A stretch of 64,000 nucleotides of DNA from the NCBI GenBank assembly GCA_964016885.1, contig OZ024756.1, forward strand, positions 29,388,001 through 29,452,000. Reading direction: 5' to 3'. Shown here one piece after another: positions 1 through 12,640 of the stretch (position 1 is its first letter; each line of letters begins with the position of its first letter). The notes below the pieces were generated by a model. The model saw only the letters and a list, made by a program, of their open reading frames with translations, was not told the origin of the DNA and made no database searches. A program made the position numbers and the translations under genes. Source of the DNA: Eledone cirrhosa. Lineage: Eukaryota.

Positions 1-28
1 CTTGCCTGTTAGTAGAGTGGTCTCTTGA
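1..28 (-). CDS. Start of a candidate cytoplasmic-domain (micro)exon of the NCAM-like gene, cut by the window edge
   Basis: Acceptor catttcaccatgctcag. In frame with the phase-2 end of the TM exon: (S)QETTLLTGK, resembling NCAM cytoplasmic ETTPLT. The donor is not visible. Confidence 0.45.
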
Positions 29-500
29 CTGAGCATGGTGAAATGCATCACGACACGACGCAGCAGCAATGGCAGGGACACCGTGGTGGCATTTATGTGA
101 TGAGATGGCACAAAGAAAGCAGAGGAGGTGGAGGAAGAGAGGAAGGGCAAAAAAAGGAAGGAATAATGGTCAATGAAATATAATGTCAGAAACTGTTTGA
201 AATAATATCAACAAAAAATAAAATAAATGAATAAATAAATTAAAAAAAGAAAAAAAAAGATGAATAATGAAAGGAAGGGATACAAAAAAACACCACAACC
301 ACAATAAAACACAATAGACAGTAACAACAACACCACAATAACAAAACAACAACAATAGTCAAATACTACACAACAAAACAACAGTAGACAATGACACAAA
401 AATATATTAGGGTCTTGGAATGTATTTCTTTTTTATGTTGACTGACAAAGAAAAGGACTTAAAGCCTCTGTTTATTGCAACCAACTCAAGTAAGATCACC

Positions 501-722
501 ACCACCTCTGGTTCTAGGGTATAAAACTGTCCGCTACCACCCCTGGTTCTAGGATATAATATTATCTGAAACCACCCCTGGTTCTAGGGTATAATACTCC
601 CTGAAACTACTTCTGATTCTAGGGTATAATACTGTCTGAAACCACCCCTGATTCTAGGATATAATACTGTCTGAAACTACCCCTGGTTCTAGGGTACAAA
701 ACTGTTTATATTTACCTGGTTT
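501..722. repeat. 35-bp minisatellite, ~6 copies
   Basis: Unit accacccctggttctagggtataatactgtctgaa. Confidence 0.85.
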
Positions 723-1172
723 TATGTGCAAACATTTTGTTAAGTAATCAGCTTAATTATATGGAATTAAGTTATATTTCTAAAACCATCCAATTAGTTT
801 TATTATTTTCAAAAGTCAACTGAGGCACATTAGCGGTATGAAATATGCTAACAAATCGCTAAATACCGAAGCAAAAAAAGAGAAAAAAAAAGCCCCCCTC
901 CCCCTTTTTTAAAAGAAAAACCCATCTAAATTCCACCAAATTAACAATTATATTTGCAAAATATATAACTAAGACACATGTGTGGGTGTATTTATGTTAG
1001 AAATATGGTGATGAAAGGATAGCAATTTAAAATTTATGAATGTGCTTATTTTAAAAACCTTCCTAAATTCGTGCCACAAGTTACAACTATGTAATTTAAT
1101 TTTGATAACGAGCAACTGACGAGTTATTCCATTAACACCTTGTCAATGGAAGAGATATATAAAGGAGACAGA

Positions 1173-1745
1173 TGTGGGGTGGTGTGGTAGAGTGGGGTGT
1201 GGTGTGGTGTGATGGAGTGTGGAGTGGTGTGGAGTGTGGTGTAGTGGAGTGTGGTGTGATGGAGCATGGTGTGGTGTGATGTGGTGGAGTGTGGTGTGGT
1301 GTGGTGGAGTGTGGTGTGTTGTGGTGTGATGTGGTGGTGTGTGATGTAGTTTGGTGTGGTGGAGTGTGATGTAGTGTGGTGTGGTGGAGTGTGGTGTGTT
1401 GTGGTGTGATGTGGTGGTGTGTGATGTAGTGTGGTGTGGTGGAGTCTGGTGTGTTGTGGTGTGATGTAGTGTGGTGTGTGGTGTTGTGTGGTGGTGTGTG
1501 GTGGTGTGTGGTGTAGTGTGGTGCAGTGTGGTGTGGTGGAGTGTGGTGTGTGATGTAGTGTGGTGTGGTGTGGTGGAGTGTGGTGTGATGTGGTGGTGTG
1601 TGGTGTGTTGTGGTGTGATGTGGTGTGGTGCAGTGTGGTGTGGTGGAGTGTGGTGTGTGATGTAGTGTGGTGTGGTGTGTGATGTAGTGTGGTGTGGTGT
1701 GATGTGGTGGTGTGTGATGTAGTTTGGTGTGGTGGTGTGGGGAGT
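1173..1745. repeat. (GTGGT/GTGTG)n degenerate pentanucleotide array
   Basis: Direct inspection. Confidence 0.9.
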
Positions 1746-2381
1746 GGCTTTCACTATAACATTGAAAGATTTATAAGAGAAACAGTATCTATCCATTAAC
1801 AAAAGCTCAACACATTGACAACTACACTACATTAAGTTCATTAAATGGGATTACATAAAAATAACTTTAAAGATAAACTAAACCCCCATCACCCCCCAAC
1901 ACCGTTATCCCATCCCTGCCACCCCCATATGATATATATCTTTTCTTTTTTTTTTTGTTATGAATTTGGAAAACTACCAATTATGGAAAACTTTACAAAT
2001 ATTTTAATTTTATAAAGTTTGCATCAATCAAAACTCCCATTTTATGTTAACCCTGTAGCAGGGTGGTGGAAGGTTTTGTTTAATACAGAACAACTGGTAA
2101 AGGAAGGGGGGAAGGGGTGTCACAACAACAACAACAACAATATCAACAAAAACTATGTGTATATATATATATATATATACATATACATTTATATACATAT
2201 ATATATACATATATATATACATATACATATATATATACACACACATACACATACACATAATAATAATAATCATCATCATCATCATCGTTTATCGTCTATC
2301 TTCCATGCTAGCATGGGTTGGATGGGTTTGTCCCATTCAAGGCAAGCTGGGTTGGCTGACCGTGTCTCGCTCATATAGGAT

Positions 2382-2438
<57 letters not shown>

Positions 2439-2839
2439 TAACAGATTAAAGTTTAAGCAAAGAATCACTTTGGATTTTAGTCTTCACATTTATTATTATT
2501 ACTATATATATATGTATATCATCATTTTTACATCTGTATTTCCATATACATATATGTATGTATGTATAGGGAACAGCCCTTGTTTATACATATGTTGTTG
2601 AAAATGATGCTACTTTCCAGTTTCAATTTCTTCATATTTTCTAATAGGGTCTCCATTATAGTTCGTTTGGGACAAGGGTTCCTAAGTTGGTAATTTCCTC
2701 AATGTTTCACGACGACAAAGGATATTTGATTGTTCCAAATGTAGAAGTCGTATTAAAAAATATGAGAAGGTTCAAATATATTCCAAGTGGAAAGTAGCCA
2801 TGTCTTCAACAAGGAGTAAACAGCCTATGTCTGGTCATA

Positions 2840-2997
2840 AATGAGCATGGGATTTGCACCTAGAAAGTTCTCCCTCCAAGGCACAAGCCAGGGCAACGGG
2901 TTTTTGTGGAAGACCAGCAGTCACCCATGCATGTTAGATTTCCCTCTCCACACCACCGATGTTGTCCAAGAGAAAAGCAATGGCTGATACAGCTTTT
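2840..2997 (-). mobile_element. SINE 3' portion; inverted copy at 62082-62212
   Basis: The two loci match each other (gggtgactgctggtcttccacaaaaa, ctttctagRtgcaaatcc). Confidence 0.65.
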
Positions 2998-3025
2998 GGA
3001 AAATGGACATTAAACGATGATGATG

Positions 3026-3080
<55 letters not shown>

Positions 3081-3294
3081 ACACACAGTCCATGGAAGGA
3101 TTAGTGAAGCAATACCTTGAAAATTTAAAACATTGTTGTATAAATACACAAACCAAAATTAGTTTAGATTAGTTTATACATCAAAGACAGAAATCAAATT
3201 AATGTGTAGATGTATGTATGCATATATATATATATACACATATGCGTGTGTGTATAGATACACACACACACACACACACATACATACATATATG

Positions 3295-3435
3295 GTGGCT
3301 GCCAACTCGTTTTCGAGTACGGCCACTACTTTATATCCATGTAGGAGAACCCCTACCGATGCGCTGAACGAGTGTGACTTTTTAGTCCAGCCAGCGACTT
3401 GAAAACTCTGGTACAAACACTACAATTGTGACAAT
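3295..3435 (-). mobile_element. 3' end of a BovB-type RTE LINE with terminal C2H2 finger
   Basis: CSVCTRVFKSLAGLKSHTRSAH-stop plus a short tail, between microsatellites. Confidence 0.6.
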
Positions 3436-3477
3436 TATTGACACATACATATATACATACATACATACATACATACA

Positions 3478-3513
<36 letters not shown>

Positions 3514-3694
3514 TACACACACACATATATATATATATACTTAATGAAACAAAAACAATTTTCAAATGTTACAATCAATAACAAATGTATAAATAATTTA
3601 TGCTTATGAAATGAACTAACAAATATTAAAAAAATATATGAAATGTCAGTCTCACAGATTTTGCAACAAAACAGGGGAAGAAGCAATGTTTGTA

Positions 3695-3736
<42 letters not shown>

Positions 3737-3981
3737 GTATAGGATTATCCAAGATGTAGTAATGGTTAATTACTACACAATAACTTCATACGCAACGAAC
3801 TACACAAAAAATATAGAAAAAACAAATGAAATTACGCTAGCAAATATTAACAACGAGGCAATCAATAACAAATGTATAAATAATTTATGCTTATGAAATG
3901 AACTAACAAATATTAAAAAAATATATGAAATGTCAGTCTCACAGATTTTGCAACAAAACAGGGGAAGAAGCAATGTTTGTA

Positions 3982-4021
<40 letters not shown>

Positions 4022-4150
4022 GTATAGGATTATCCAAGATGTAGTAATGGTTAATTACTACACAATAACTTCATACGCAACGAACTACACAAAAAATATA
4101 GAAAAACAAGTGAAATTACGCTAGCAAATATTAACAACGAGGCATATAAA

Positions 4151-5997
4151 GTGGTGAAGAATCTCAAAATAGACGATAGAACCGAGCCGATTATACCTGC
4201 TACCCCCACCTTCAACCTGAAGGACCATAAGGTAAATTTTGACTCTAACCCTAAGATTAGACTTATATGCCCTTCTAAATCAGACATAGGGAAAATTAGC
4301 AAACATATACTTGACAGAGTAATAACTAAAGTGAAAAAGAAAATTGAAATTAAATTATGGGGCAACACTAGCGAAGCAATTCGCTGGTTTAATAATGTTA
4401 AGAATAAGAATAAATCTAAGTTTATACAATTTGACATAGACGAATACTACTCTTCCATCTCACCAAGCACTTTACGTAAGGCCCTATCGTTTGCTAAGGC
4501 CAATTCCGACCTAACGGAGGACGAAATTAATATTATTCTCGAGGCTAGAAAAACCATTATTAAGTTCGATAACTGCTACTGGGAACGTAAGGACAGACCC
4601 ACAAATTTCGATATTACTATGGGTTCCAACGACTCGGCGGAGGTCACGGATCTCGTGGGAATTTACATAGCCCACATATTACATAGTAGATTTAGTAATC
4701 TACAGGGGGGGGGATATACAGGGATGACGGGCTCTTATTAGTTAATAATTTGAATAACCAAAATCTTGAAAGGCTACGGAAAAATATTAGAAAATCTTTT
4801 AGTGAACTGGGTTTAAAAATAACATATGAATACAATCTTAAGGTAGTAAACTTTCTGGACGTAACTCTTAATTTAAATACCGGACAGATACGACCCTTCC
4901 ACAAGGTGAATGAGAACCTTACGTATATTAACTTTAACTCTAACCACCCACTATCCATGATCAAATCAGTTCCCCGGAGTATTTCTCTTAGAATCTCTCA
5001 CCTATCGTCTAATTCTGATATTTTTAGTGAACATGCTGAATACTACAATAATGCATTAAGGAATGCTGACCACCGGGATACAATAGAATACATTGATAGG
5101 AATTTCCATAACACACATAGCTCTACACGAAATCAAGGAATACGTAACCGGGGGACTAAAATACAAGCACACACACACAGTACTACCAGACATACTAATA
5201 ATAGAAAATCACCACCAAATAAATCACGTTGTAGAAAGTATATCTGGTACAATCCTATTTTTAATGCCTCGATTAGTACAAAACTATCTCTTTCATTCTT
5301 TAAGTTAATCAACAAACACTTCCCTAGTTCCCATAAATACAGCAAAATTCTGAACTCTAAAACTATTAGACTATCATACTCCACGGCACCAAACCTTGAA
5401 GCATACATAAAAAAACTTAACTTAAGGCAATTAAACAACTCTACAAAACAAAACATTTTAGTAACAGATGGGCAGAACGCAATATCTGCCTCCCAACCAC
5501 TAAATGGGAGACGGGTATTACACAACCCACCTGTACCGCTATCACAACCTATCCATGGTATACCCGCTACCCACAACAAAGAATGTAACTGCCATCTACC
5601 TGAAAGATGTCCATTGAAGAATGAATGCCTAAAGTCCAACATTGTTTACCAATGCACGGTTGAATCGAACAACCAGAAATGGTATTATATCGGATCTACC
5701 ACCACCTCGTTTAAATCTCGCTGGTACCGTCATCGATTCTCAATCAAACATCCCAATCACCGTTTTGTGACCACGCTCGCCAACAAGACCTGGCAACTCA
5801 GTGAACACAACCAACAGTTCACCTTAAAATGGGATATACTTTCCAGCGCAAGTGCATATCGAAGTGGATTGAAGTACTGCAGGTTATGTAACCTTGAGCT
5901 CTTTTACATATTAAAATCCCAAAACAAACTACTTAACGATAGAATTGAACGATCATTATACTGCAACCACAAACTAAAAGCTAAATTCTCTCACTAA
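4151..5997 (+). pseudogene. Penelope-like RT + GIY-YIG endonuclease, frameshifted at the G9 run 4705-4713
   Basis: FIQFDIDEYYSSI and MGSNDSAEVTDLVG; after the shift IYRDDGL, VNFLDVTL, YINFNSNHP, CNCHLPERCPLKNEC linker, IVYQC..WYYIGST..FKSRWYRH, CRLCNLE, LLNDR. Confidence 0.9.
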
Positions 5998-6488
5998 AAA
6001 ATAACTTAACATTCAAACCCGTAACTATAACACTGCTTTCTAGCTAACCACCTTCTCTTCCCCCCACACTACAAGACAATACACTGCTTATCACTATAAA
6101 TGGTAACTCAGTGCAATTCCTAGATTACTACTACAAACCCAAAGTTCACTCACCACACAAACTTCGTCTGTCCCCTCTCTACATCCATTACACTCTCTCT
6201 CTCTCGCCTTTGGCCTACCTCCCTCTCAACATCTATGAACCTGCCCTCTGGGGCAATAAATAATTCCGACCTTAACTATCAACGCATCTCTCCAAAAGTA
6301 ACCAGTATAATAAAACCCCTACCATAACATTTTGATTAAGATATCTACAAACCACTCTCTCCTACTTCTCCAACCCCTGCATATCTTTCTCTCTCTCTCC
6401 CTCTCCCCTACTTTTCTCTCTTCCTTTTCTACTCTATCTTCCCCAACAACCCCACTTAAGGGTATTTACATTGTACTTTTTACTATTC

Positions 6489-6600
6489 TGCTCTGAGGAA
6501 ACAGTGGTCACAGCATTGGATATTTGAGTTCTGCAAGTACTTGTGAATTTGCACATAGCATAACTAGGCTGTAGCACCACCGTGGAAACACTTGTAAGCA
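6489..6600 (+). ncRNA. Type I hammerhead ribozyme in the Penelope 3' UTR
   Basis: Stem I tgct/agca, CTGAGGA 6493-6499, long stem II, GAAAC 6585-6589, short stem III, GTA 6594-6596. Confidence 0.75.
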
Positions 6601-8394
6601 CACAGAATAAATTACCTTTTTATGATGTCTACCTGTTATTATTCATTCTTTATATATATATATATATATATATTTATTATATGTACAGATTAAAGTTTAA
6701 GCAAAGAATCACTGCTGTCACACTTTTACGGGATCTTCTGAAACTACAATTCTTTGCTTAAATTTTAATCTGTACTAATAATTAATATATATATATAAAC
6801 ACACACACAATATACATACACACACACACACACATATATATATATAATTAGTTAATTGAGCGGTAAAGTGTTTATGAAGCATTGTGAGATATGTAATTAG
6901 AACATCTTGTATTTATGAGGATTGTTATGTAACTGACTACTGGTCAGTGGAAAGCTGACACAGGCTGACTGGTCAATCAGAATAGCCAGTCAACCTCCAC
7001 CTAAAGCCTCATGTCTAGCATTAACAGAATTGAGCTACATATGTCCGACTAGCCAGTCTAACCAGTCTTCCCTAACTACTTTTCCCCTGGCCTACTTCCA
7101 CCAATGGTCAGTCACACAACAAAATCTCCTGAGAAGAAGACATTCTGATTTTTTTTTCTTTTGATAAAGTGCTTGTAACCTCAAAATATTATGAAATATA
7201 GGATAAAAACTATTGTTTTGCTTTTTCTTTTTTTACTTATTCTAGTTCCCCCATTAAATTTCCTATCCACACAGTATCAGCTTTCCCAATCCATTCTCGA
7301 TTGGTTAATTATTTTAATAACCCCCCCCCCCCCCCCCCAAAAAAAAATTTTGTTTTATTAGTTTCAGAATTAATTGAAGAATCTAGACAAGTGGTTCCCA
7401 TCCGTTTCACTAACACAGACCCCCATTTATTTAAATGGGGGTCTATATACTACTCAAGAAGGTCATAGATCCCCAGTGCTACCTTTGCAGTCATTCAGGT
7501 GACCGTGGGCAACAGGTTAGGAACAGCTGATATCGACAGTGTTTTCAATTAGAAACATGATGTCTGTGTAAACTGCCAAAGGTGGAAATGTTAAAAGGTC
7601 TGGTGTTTTACGATTTAATTAGGAGGGAGGCCAGCCCCAAAAGGCATCTTGTAGGGATTTGTAAATTTGAAGGATGAGATGAGGAAGAAGTTGTAAATGC
7701 TTGTAACATAGTGAAACTCTGTTACTCCTCCTGATAAGGATTTTCCCCAAACAGGCTGTAGTTCTATGAAACAAAACAACCAATTTTAAAGAGTTTCTAT
7801 TTGAATGAAAATCTTTCAACATAATTCTAAGTTAATTTACTATCTTAGTTATCAAATAATTCAAAATTTTAGTAAATCCCTCAAGATTCTTCATTAATTA
7901 AATGAAATAAGGTGTATTTGAGTAGAAATATAATCATGAAAGGATTAAAGGTAACCATGAGGCCAGGTGGGGTTTAAACAGGGCTACAGATTATCATTGT
8001 TCTAGATCATGCACTCTACTTAGGTAGAGCTCACATTAACATTAACAATAATACTACAAAATAATTATAAAAATAATAACAATAATAAAATACTAATACT
8101 ACTACTGACAATAATAACAATAGTAACAACAACAATAACAATAATCTCTCACACTAAACAACATTAGAAGAATTAGTATCTAGATCAGCGGTTACCAACC
8201 TTTTTACAACCAAAACAACCCCCAACTTGTATATTTGAATGAAATATCCCACAGACTTCAGCCTTTTGAAAAGCTCCACCAGCTGACAGTGTCACCCCCC
8301 CCCCCCCCCCCCAGACAGAGTTTCTCAAATTTTTTTTTTTGTCCTATTCTCCACTTTCATTTTCAAAGAAAATGTGTACTGACTATGGTTGGAA

Positions 8395-8985
8395 GTGGGC
8401 TAAAAACTGAACCTTGATGCACTCCTACCTCTACCTTGAATTCCTCACTAAACTCACTTCTTAGTCTTACTTTACTTACAGCTTCTCTGTACATAGCCTA
8501 CACTTAGTTTCCTTAAGGACCACCAGATGTCTGATCGGGGTACTCTATCAAAAGTTTCCTTTAGATCAACAAAAGCTAAATATAGAGAGTCGATTCTTCT
8601 CCTATAGGAAAAATCGGCTGTGTTCAGACCTGGAGAGGGTTGGCCTCCGCCAGGTTTAAAAGTGTCCTAGACACGCCATTTGACAGTGCCTCTACGACTC
8701 CACAAGGAGTCATGGGATCTTTATCCTTATCCTATACTGGTCCCTGGTGCCCTCATTTTTCCAGTCTTTTCATGCTTTAATGGCTCTATCTACTATGCTG
8801 TTCTACCACCAGGTCACCCTTGGTCTAGTTGGTGCTTTGCTCCAACCACAAATAAGTCTGTTCAGTAGTCTGTAGTATGTTATCAAAAAGGAACTTCCAA
8901 TTGTTCTCTATGTCTTGTGTGTCATACTTGTCTTCTTTCTCATGTGCCTCACGTAAAGCTTTCCTGAACAGAAAGGTCCTTTAGT
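8395..8985 (-). mobile_element. Degraded RTE RT fragment(s)
   Basis: Minus strand reads AFVDLKETFDRVP..IWWSLRKL and VEVGVHQGSVFSP, with disruptions. Confidence 0.7.
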
Positions 8986-9018
8986 ATAGTATATATGACA
9001 AATAGCATGTTATATAGT

Positions 9019-9140
9019 AGCGTGGCTGAGTGGTTAGAGAATTAGGTTCGCAATCGTGAGGTTGTGAGTTCGACTCCCAGACTCGGCGATGCGTTATGTC
9101 CTTGGGCAAGACACTTTATTTCACGTTGCTCCTTCTACCT
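9019..9140 (+). mobile_element. tRNA-derived CORE-type SINE; further copies at 21360-21503 and 47223-47415
   Basis: A box tggctgagtgg, B box gttcgactcc, then gtccttgggcaagacactttatttcac. Confidence 0.75.
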
Positions 9141-9460
9141 GAGTTGCGACCGATAGATAGTATTAGCAATTTGAAACACCAATGGAAACATTGTTTCCTC
9201 GGTCTGATTTGACAAAAGTCGATTGATTGTCGATAGTATGGTATGTAGTACAGTATATACGCCCCATTCTGAAGTGCCATGCTCCACCAAAATATTGCTG
9301 GGCCCCACATCTTGTTAACCACCACTCTAAGGATTCTGTAGAACACCAGGTTGGGAACTGCTGCTCTAGATCATATTGCATGAGTGCCATGATGGTAAAA
9401 TGGTAAAATGAGAGAACTGAGAGAACTACTGGATAGAGATATAATATTGGTAAATCTCAC

Positions 9461-9680
9461 CTTGCACCAGCTTCAACATCTGCAGATTTATCTTTAGCAG
9501 AGGAATTCTTCTTAAAGACGTTAGTGACCAAAAACATTGTGGCACCTTTCCTGAACTTGAAATAACAGACCAAGTCAATGATAATTATGATAATTAAAAT
9601 CACAGCAATAATCAAGCCAGCGACTCCTCCTGAATTCATGGATTTCACACTCTCAGCCTTTATCGGAATCTCTGTTTCAA
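9461..9680 (-). CDS. NCAM: Transmembrane and juxtamembrane exon of an NCAM/Fasciclin II/apCAM-like Ig-superfamily adhesion molecule
   Basis: Acceptor tttttctctgttttag and donor AG|gtgaga; 220 nt, phase 1 to phase 2. Encodes (V)ETEIPIKAESVKSMNSGGVAGLIIAVILIIIIIIDLVCYFKFRKGATMFLVTNVFKKNSSAKDKSADVEAGA. This matches the NCAM pattern GxIxG-hydrophobic-D(I/V/L)xCYF..G..M....N....AK.KD.E.G. Confidence 0.85.
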
Positions 9681-9879
9681 CTAAAACAGAGAAAAATAAA
9701 TTCACAAAAGTTACTACAATTCCAACACAACAAAAGAAAATGTTCAAGACTGCTCAAAGATAACTAATTCAACGTACATCATGGCTATAGATACTTTATA
9801 TACTGCAATATTAGCTGTTATATATATAGTGAAAGAGTGAAGAATAACATGGTCGGCTGTACAAAAAGGGTTTTATTTA

Positions 9880-9992
9880 CAGCATTAACAATTGTTTCAT
9901 TGATCAGGTGAGTCTAAAGGCCGTTGATCACTTGAAATTGCGTCACTCGACCTTAAATACAGTGTGTGTCTGATCGAATCATCGGAATACTG
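9880..9992 (-). ncRNA. Type I hammerhead ribozyme motif (PLE 3' remnant)
   Basis: cagtatt-CCGATGA-long stem II-GAAAC-AATT-GTT-aatgctg. Palindromic stem III AACAATTGTT; AATAAA follows. Confidence 0.65.
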
Positions 9993-10150
9993 GGTACTCA
10001 CAATACAGAGTACTCACAACCTCTAACTGGATTACCTAAAACGATAACTTGTTATCCCATATATATATATATTAAAGCGTTAAACGATATTCAATGATTA
10101 TGTCTTGATTAAATCTTAACCATTTAACATCTCAGGGTATGTCATGTATC

Positions 10151-10213
10151 ATTATATTTTGTCTGATGAGGACGTACTGTTGTACATCTGAAATATGTAT
10201 AATAAAATGTAAT
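10151..10213 (+). ncRNA. Type I hammerhead ribozyme motif
   Basis: attatattttgt-CTGATGA-ggacgtac tgtt gtacatct-GAAA-tatgta-TA-ataaaatgtaat. Confidence 0.75.
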
Positions 10214-10370
10214 TGATCAAAAGAATATCTATTTTATTAATATTTATATTTTAATATATATATATATATATATATTAAAGGGGAGATGTGTCAGACATAA
10301 CTAATTCAACAGACACCATAGTCATGCATACATTACATACCATAATATTAGCTGTTATATATATATATAA

Positions 10371-10582
10371 CATCACCGACATCCAGAGTTGACATTGCAC
10401 TCAGTGCTCCTTTGGGAGCCCCTACATGGACACACTAGAAGAGGAAGACCAAGGTTAACGTATGTTGATGCCCTAAGGACAGCCACTGGTCTGTTGGAGA
10501 TGCAGGACATGGTAGTGATAATGAGGGACAGAGACCACTGGAGAGAACTCGTCCATGGATCTCGGGAATTTTACCCGCCTTA
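10371..10582 (+). mobile_element. 5'-truncated RTE-type LINE 3' fragment
   Basis: VLLWEPLHGHTRRGRPRLTYVDAL...MRDRDHWR, flanked by (TA)n. Confidence 0.75.
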
Positions 10583-10789
10583 GATATATATATGTAGGAG
10601 GTGAGTTTTATTGTAGTACAATAAAGCAATGCAGATATCGGATAAGAAGCACTCTACAGTTTGTAGGACTGGAGTATACATAATATATAAGAACAAAAGA
10701 TGGTTAAAAGAGTTCCATGTATTTTATGATATGTTGATTTAAAACTGCACTATCCACCAGTGTTTTTTAACCTTCATATCATGTCTTCC

Positions 10790-10860
10790 TATTTTATCTG
10801 ATGAAAACATAAATATTATTGCATGATGATATTTGTTTTTGAAATGCGCATAATAAAATA
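10790..10860 (+). ncRNA. Type I hammerhead ribozyme motif
   Basis: tattttat-CTGATGA-aaaca..tgttttt-GAAA-tgcgca-TA-ataaaata. Palindromic stem III ATGCGCAT. Confidence 0.8.
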
Positions 10861-10890
10861 CATGGAACTCTTTTAACCATCTTTTGTTCT

Positions 10891-10932
<42 letters not shown>

Positions 10933-11049
10933 AGCTCTAGTTCACTAGCTTCTATGGGGCGCTTGCCACACATCTCGGAAGTTGTTTTTCGCTAATTTCC
11001 AATAGCCAAAATACGATTCTCGCTAATTTATATATATATATATATATTT

Positions 11050-11600
11050 TAAAGGGGAGATTTGTTAGAGATGAGTAATTATACACCCACTAGTGGTTAT
11101 ACACTCATCAGGATTATATATACATTATATACTGTAATGTTAGCTGTTATATATATTTTAAAGCGATTGGTCAGAGATGAGTACTTATACACTCATCAAG
11201 GATTATACATACATTATATACTGTCATGTTAGCTGTTATATATATTTTAAAGCGATTGGTCAGAGATGAGTACTTATACACTCATCAAGGATTATACATA
11301 CATTATATACTGTCATGTTAGCTGTTATATATATTTTAAAGCGATTGGTCAGAGATGAGTACTTATACACTCATCAAGGATTATACATACATTATATACT
11401 GTCATGTTAGCTGTTATATATATTTTAAAGCGATTGGTCAGAGATGAGTACTTATACACTCATCAAGGATTATACATACATTATATACTGTCATGTTAGC
11501 TGTTATATATATTTTAAAGCGATTGGTCAGAGATGAGTACTTATACACTCATCAAGGATTATACATACATTATATACTGTCATGTTAGCGGTTATATATA
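11050..11600. repeat. 89-bp minisatellite: 5 near-identical units plus 1 diverged
   Basis: aaagcgattggtcagagatgagtac recurs at 11160, 11249, 11338, 11427 and 11516. Confidence 0.9.
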
Positions 11601-12107
11601 TTACAGTTAAAGTTTCTTCATCAACCCTTTAGCATTTAAACCAGCCAGAATTCTCTACCCTCTTTCTATTCAAACCGGCTGCTCATACTTATGTTAAGGT
11701 ATTGCTCTCAAAATAAATAATAGCAAAATCTCGTAGATTCGATATTATGTGAGAAAAAGCCTTTACTGTGAAAATATAATAGTATATATAGCGTAATGTA
11801 AATGATAACAGGGTTAATAGCAATAAGTGGAAAATAACAAGAAATTCATGCGATAATAAAACAACAAGAGTTAGCAACATAAACAACACATTATGTCTGA
11901 TGGCCATGTAAACACAAATTACTACAGACAGTGGTTGTATTGAAGTAGCCACTTCATCAGCTAGAAATAGCAGCCAAATCACTAGTATCAGAACGAAGGC
12001 GGGCACTACTCCGAAAAACTGAATCACAAAGCTCTGTGTAGTGACAGAGGGCACCACCAGCAGAATGAGCAGAAAAATAAAGTTTGATTTTGGCAGGCTA
12101 ACTTCAT

Positions 12108-12640
12108 GAACAGAGACAGAGGAGCAGACAGACTGAGGGTGACAGGCAGAGGGACAGACAGACAGAGGGTGACAGGCAAAGGGGCAGACAGACAGAGGGT
12201 GACAGGCAGAGAATGACAGACTGGGGGTGACAGGCAGAGGGGCAGACATATAGACAGAGGGTGACAGACAGACAGACAGACAGAGAATGACAGACAGAGG
12301 GTGACAAACAAACAGAGAATGACAGACTGGGGGTGACAGGCAGAGGATGACAGACTGTGGGAGACAGGCAGAGGGGCAGACACATAGACAGACAGAGGGT
12401 GACAGACAGACAGAGAATGACAGACTTGGGCTGACAGACTGAGGGAGACAGGCAAAGGGGCAGACATATAGACAGAGGGTGACAGGCAGAGGATGACAGA
12501 CTGTGGGAGACAGGCAGAGGGGCAGACACATAGACAGAGGGTGACAGACAGACAGAGGATGACAGACTGAGGGAGACAGGCAAAGGGGCAGACATATAGA
12601 CAGAGGGTGACAGACATACAGACAGAGAATGACAGACAAT
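12108..12640. repeat. GACA/GAGG-rich degenerate satellite
   Basis: Repeating gacagacagagggtgacaggcaga motifs. Confidence 0.85.

Larger units (their letters stand above)
4019..6650 (+). mobile_element. 5'-truncated Penelope-like retroelement (Naiad-like), inserted in (TA)n
   Basis: RT and GIY-YIG coding sequence, 3' UTR with hammerhead and AATAAA (6606-6611), (TA)n on both sides. Confidence 0.9.
8186..9363. mobile_element. hAT/MER5-like ends enclosing nested RTE and SINE pieces; a similar small MITE at 7389-7529
   Basis: CAGCGGTTACCAACC..GGTTGGGAACTGCTG, with TSD-like atctagat/ctctagat. Confidence 0.5.

Noticed and set aside
1143-1802. His/Thr-rich 219-aa ORF
   Set aside because: It is a pentanucleotide repeat array.
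4750-6480. Selenocysteine recoding, as described for some Naiad PLEs
   Set aside because: There is no in-frame TGA in the ORF, which ends at TAA after the complete endonuclease.
9019-9090. tRNA gene
   Set aside because: A and B boxes are present but there is no cloverleaf, and it continues into a CORE-like SINE body.
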